Source: Candidatus Babeliales bacterium
GTDB taxonomy: Bacteria > Babelota > Babeliae > Babelales > Vermiphilaceae
Reading direction: 5' to 3'
NCBI GenBank assembly: GCA_044451405.1
Contig: JBIOKB010000019.1
Location: 1-19,444 of the forward strand
DNA length: 19,444 bases
Made by a program: the position numbers and the translations under genes. The notes under the pieces are model-generated. The model ran no database searches. It saw only the letters and a list, made by a program, of their open reading frames with translations, and had not been told where the DNA came from. Numbering within the stretch: the stretch's first letter is position 1; every line of letters starts with the position of its first letter. Positions 16,366 through 19,444 of this stretch are shown in pieces.

Positions 16366-18294
16366 ATGATTACTGATAGTAAATGCTATATTACAACGCC
16401 TATTTATTATGTCACCGCAGCTCCCCATCTAGGGTCACTCTACTCAACCTTACTCGCTGATGTGCTTGCACGCTGGGCACGGTTACAAGGTAAAGAAACC
16501 TTTTTCTTAACCGGTACTGATGAACATGGACAAAAAGTGGCACAAGCGGCACAAAAAGCGGGAATGGAGCCACAAGCCTTTGTAAATAGTTTTATTCCTG
16601 CATATAAAGATACCTGGCATCTCTATAACATTAGTTACGATTATTTTATTCGTACCACTGATAAGCAGCATGTTAAAGCGGTACAACACTGGATACGTGA
16701 ATTACAAAAAAAGGGTGATATTTATAAAGCGCTCTATCAAGGCTGGTATTGTGTGTCAGATGAAGCGTTTGTAACGGAAAAAGATGTTGCAGATCCTGCA
16801 TTGCTTGATCCGCGTGGTAATGGTCCTGCATGTCCAACCTGTGGCAGAGCAACCCAGTACATTAGTGAAGAAACCTACTTTTTTAGATTATCTAAATACC
16901 AAGATGCGCTCTTAAAATTGTATGAAGAAAATCCCCACTTTGTAGTACCAAAAGAGCGTATCAATGAAGTGATTAATTTTGTAAAAGCAGGATTAAAAGA
17001 TTTAAGTATTTCGCGTACCTCAGTACGTTGGGGGATCCCATTTCCCGATGATCCAGCACATGTAGCGTATGTGTGGATTGATGCGCTCAATAATTACATC
17101 ACCGCAATTGGCTATGGTGATCCAGCACGTACGCAGGAATTTAATCGCTGGTGGCCAGCTGATATACAAGTATTGGGTAAAGATATTCTGCGGTTCCATG
17201 CGGTCTATTGGCCTGCATTATTAATGGCAACGGGGTTACCTGTTCCAAAAACGTTACTTGTACATGGTTGGATTCAAATAAACAATCAAAAGATGTCAAA
17301 ATCATTTGGTAACGCGGTTGATCCAGTTCAGCTTTATCATCACTATGGCGTTGACCAGGTGCGCTATTATCTCATGCGTACTATGGCAATTAATCATGAT
17401 AGTGAATTTAGCATTGCGGATTTAGAACTACGTATTAATGCAGATCTTGCAAATGATTTAGGGAATTTACTCAACCGTATGGTATTGCTTGCTGAAAAAA
17501 CTGATGCATTCACCCTTGCGCATCCAACAGACTGGTCACCGTCAGCTATGGCTTTGCGCGATCAATGTGCGGATATGATTGGGTACGTACGCGAGTACAT
17601 GAATGAGTATCAGTGTCATATGGCATTAGCATCGGTTTGGAAATTTATTAATCAGGCTAACGCGTACTTTCATGCCCATGAGCCATGGAAATTAGCAAAA
17701 ACAGATAGAGCTGCATTTGAGCAGGTTCTTTGTGCTACTGCTCATAGCTTGCGTGCCATTGGCATTATCTTAACACCGTTTATGCCAACCAAGATGGATC
17801 TGTTATTACAAAGTTTAGGCACACCATATAACCCAGAGAAAGATACTAATCTTGTGCATTGTGCAGTATGGCGCCAAGACTTTCAGTTGAACAAAATTGC
17901 AAATTTATTCGAAAAGATACAGCCTAAGGAGGCACCCGTGAGCGAATCCGTTAAACGAGACACTAACTACATAACCATCGATGATCTGGTAAAAGTAGAA
18001 CTTATCGTTGGTACTATTGAACAATGTGAGATAGTAGAAGCATCTGATAAATTGCTCAAAATGCAGGTGAATTTTGGTGATAAAGGCATGCGCCAAATTC
18101 TTGCCGGTATTCGCCACTCCTATCAACCGGCCAATCTTATTGGCAAGCAGGGGGTCTTTGTATTTAACTTGAAGCCGCGGGCTATGGTAGGGTTGGAATC
18201 CCAAGGTATGATGCTGGTGGCTGAACAGGCTGACGGCAAGGTTGCGATGGCTACTATTGCAAAGCCGGTACCTAACGGCTCAAGGTTGAGATAA
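16366..18294 (+). CDS. metG: Methionine--tRNA ligase with C-terminal tRNA-binding domain
   Basis: YITTPIYY..AAPHLG, TGTDEHGQK, YVWIDAL, GKDILRFH, KMSKS, C-terminal OB domain (NLKPR...SQGM). Confidence 0.97.
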   Translation: MITDSKCYITTPIYYVTAAPHLGSLYSTLLADVLARWARLQGKETFFLTGTDEHGQKVAQAAQKAGMEPQAFVNSFIPAYKDTWHLYNISYDYFIRTTDKQHVKAVQHWIRELQKKGDIYKALYQGWYCVSDEAFVTEKDVADPALLDPRGNGPACPTCGRATQYISEETYFFRLSKYQDALLKLYEENPHFVVPKERINEVINFVKAGLKDLSISRTSVRWGIPFPDDPAHVAYVWIDALNNYITAIGYGDPARTQEFNRWWPADIQVLGKDILRFHAVYWPALLMATGLPVPKTLLVHGWIQINNQKMSKSFGNAVDPVQLYHHYGVDQVRYYLMRTMAINHDSEFSIADLELRINADLANDLGNLLNRMVLLAEKTDAFTLAHPTDWSPSAMALRDQCADMIGYVREYMNEYQCHMALASVWKFINQANAYFHAHEPWKLAKTDRAAFEQVLCATAHSLRAIGIILTPFMPTKMDLLLQSLGTPYNPEKDTNLVHCAVWRQDFQLNKIANLFEKIQPKEAPVSESVKRDTNYITIDDLVKVELIVGTIEQCEIVEASDKLLKMQVNFGDKGMRQILAGIRHSYQPANLIGKQGVFVFNLKPRAMVGLESQGMMLVAEQADGKVAMATIAKPVPNGSRLR

Positions 18295-18331
18295 CACTTT
18301 CTTCCCCTTAAAATCACCTATAATTGACCAT

Positions 18332-18359
18332 TTGCAAATATATGTAAGCCTGATATGAT
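18332..18359 (+). promoter_or_regulatory. Putative sigma70-type promoter for the WD40 gene
   Basis: TTGCAA-N16-TATGAT with TGn extended -10. Confidence 0.5.
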
Positions 18360-18365
18360 TAAGAG

Positions 18366-18390
18366 TACCCTATAAAAATAGGGTATTTTT
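18366..18390 (+). terminator. Terminator-like hairpin between metG and the WD40 gene
   Basis: TACCCTAT / ATAGGGTA 8-bp stem followed by TTTTT. Confidence 0.45.
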
Positions 18391-18432
18391 AATCTATTCC
18401 TTAGGGAAACTGGGGAATTAAAAAGGAGTGTT

Positions 18433-19444
18433 ATGACACGTATTCTTATCGGTTTATATACCGTTCTTATATCGGCATCTATCGGTGCTGCACAAGTTAC
18501 ACCTGAACCAGTAAAACCTGCACAACGGGCAATTGCATGGGATGGCCCGCAGATAGAAACTAAAGCTAAAAAAGAACAAGAAGAAAAGAAGAAAAAGGCA
18601 GCAGTTGCAACTACTGCATTAATTAAAAAAGATAATCTTATTCGTGGACTTGAAGTCATATATGGCTGTGAGTTTAATGAGAAAGAACAGAAATTTGAGC
18701 AACAAATAAGAGAAGAAGATAGATTTGATGCAAATACAAAAGAAATGGTAAAGCACAGATATATACCTCAAGGGTTACCTAAAACATTAATTAGAATAAT
18801 TGTTGAGTATGCAAGTCATTTTGGACGTTCTCGTATTTTCACTATTCCAGATCTTGGGCCTAAAAAAATTGACTACAGAGAAGACTTGGAGTCAGGTATG
18901 TGTGCAAGTTTCGTCAATTCAGATAACATGCGCATATATATTGTAGAATGTAAAAAACCAGGTCATTTTAAGTTGTATGATGAACAGGGTAGAGAGTGCG
19001 CATATTGCACGGCACATAAAGCGCCACTGACTAGAATTTTTGTTGTGCCAGAATTAGCTGGGAAAAAATATGCGTTCGTTACCGGTTCCCGAGATGGTAC
19101 CGTTCGATTTTGGAATGAAAAAGGTGAAGAGCTGGGTCATGTAGCATTTGAAAAATCTAGGGTGTGCGATTTTGATATAGCTACAGATGTTGCTGTACAA
19201 GATAAAAAGTTGGATTTTTTAGTAATTGCACTTGGTCTAGGGACCAACATTATTGTATGTGATATTTCTGCAGTTGATCATATAGTTACCTATAATCAAG
19301 CAGGATGGGGCAACGTGGGAGCTACTCGCGTTAAATTATTAGTATTTAATAATCGATTGATAGCAGTGACGTGTGAAGAAGCTATGAGTGGTGATCCTGT
19401 CTTTGGTGAGAAAGAACAAGCAGTGTGTTTCTATGATGTTATAA
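18433..19444 (+). CDS. Exported WD40/beta-propeller protein with F-box-like motif, truncated by the window edge (absent from the ORF track)
   Basis: AAGGAG RBS, ATG 18433, frame open to the end. Signal peptide MTRILIGLYTVLISASIGA, LPKTLIRIIVEYA, WD40 repeat AHKAPLTRIFVV...FVTGSRDGTVRFWN. Confidence 0.85.
   Translation, partial: MTRILIGLYTVLISASIGAAQVTPEPVKPAQRAIAWDGPQIETKAKKEQEEKKKKAAVATTALIKKDNLIRGLEVIYGCEFNEKEQKFEQQIREEDRFDANTKEMVKHRYIPQGLPKTLIRIIVEYASHFGRSRIFTIPDLGPKKIDYREDLESGMCASFVNSDNMRIYIVECKKPGHFKLYDEQGRECAYCTAHKAPLTRIFVVPELAGKKYAFVTGSRDGTVRFWNEKGEELGHVAFEKSRVCDFDIATDVAVQDKKLDFLVIALGLGTNIIVCDISAVDHIVTYNQAGWGNVGATRVKLLVFNNRLIAVTCEEAMSGDPVFGEKEQAVCFYDVI

Noticed and set aside
16426-16437. 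HLGS variant of the HIGH motif in metG as a sign of inactivation
   Set aside because: The fourth HIGH position varies among class I synthetases and all other motifs are intact.
455-18317. Other short ORFs nested in or antisense to the main genes
   Set aside because: All overlap well-supported genes and show no independent RBS or motif evidence.
18318-18659. 113-aa minus-strand ORF
   Set aside because: Shadow of the plus-strand WD40 gene, which has an RBS, signal peptide and domain motif.

Overview
A bacterial chromosomal segment, most consistent with a host-associated lineage such as Candidatus Dependentiae (TM6/Babeliae); this is inferred from signal-peptide-bearing ankyrin and WD40 proteins interleaved with housekeeping genes, not from a database match. 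Housekeeping content: rpsU-rbfA-prepilin peptidase, gltX, acylphosphatase, a long Omp85 (TamA/BamA-like) gene, a His-rich membrane protein leading a potABCD polyamine ABC operon, and metG. Accessory content: two tandem exported membrane proteins with near-identical leaders, a putative beta-barrel protein, and an ankyrin protein and a partial WD40 protein sharing an F-box-like motif. The most unusual signal is a dispersed family of about 50-60 nt palindromic elements (outer stem, TTC/TAC internal loop, inner stem, variable interior) at five sites. Two appear to be inserted in frame within protein-coding genes (prepilin peptidase, potA). A different 35-nt palindrome sits between 16-bp direct repeats. 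No tRNA, rRNA, CRISPR array or transposase is visible.
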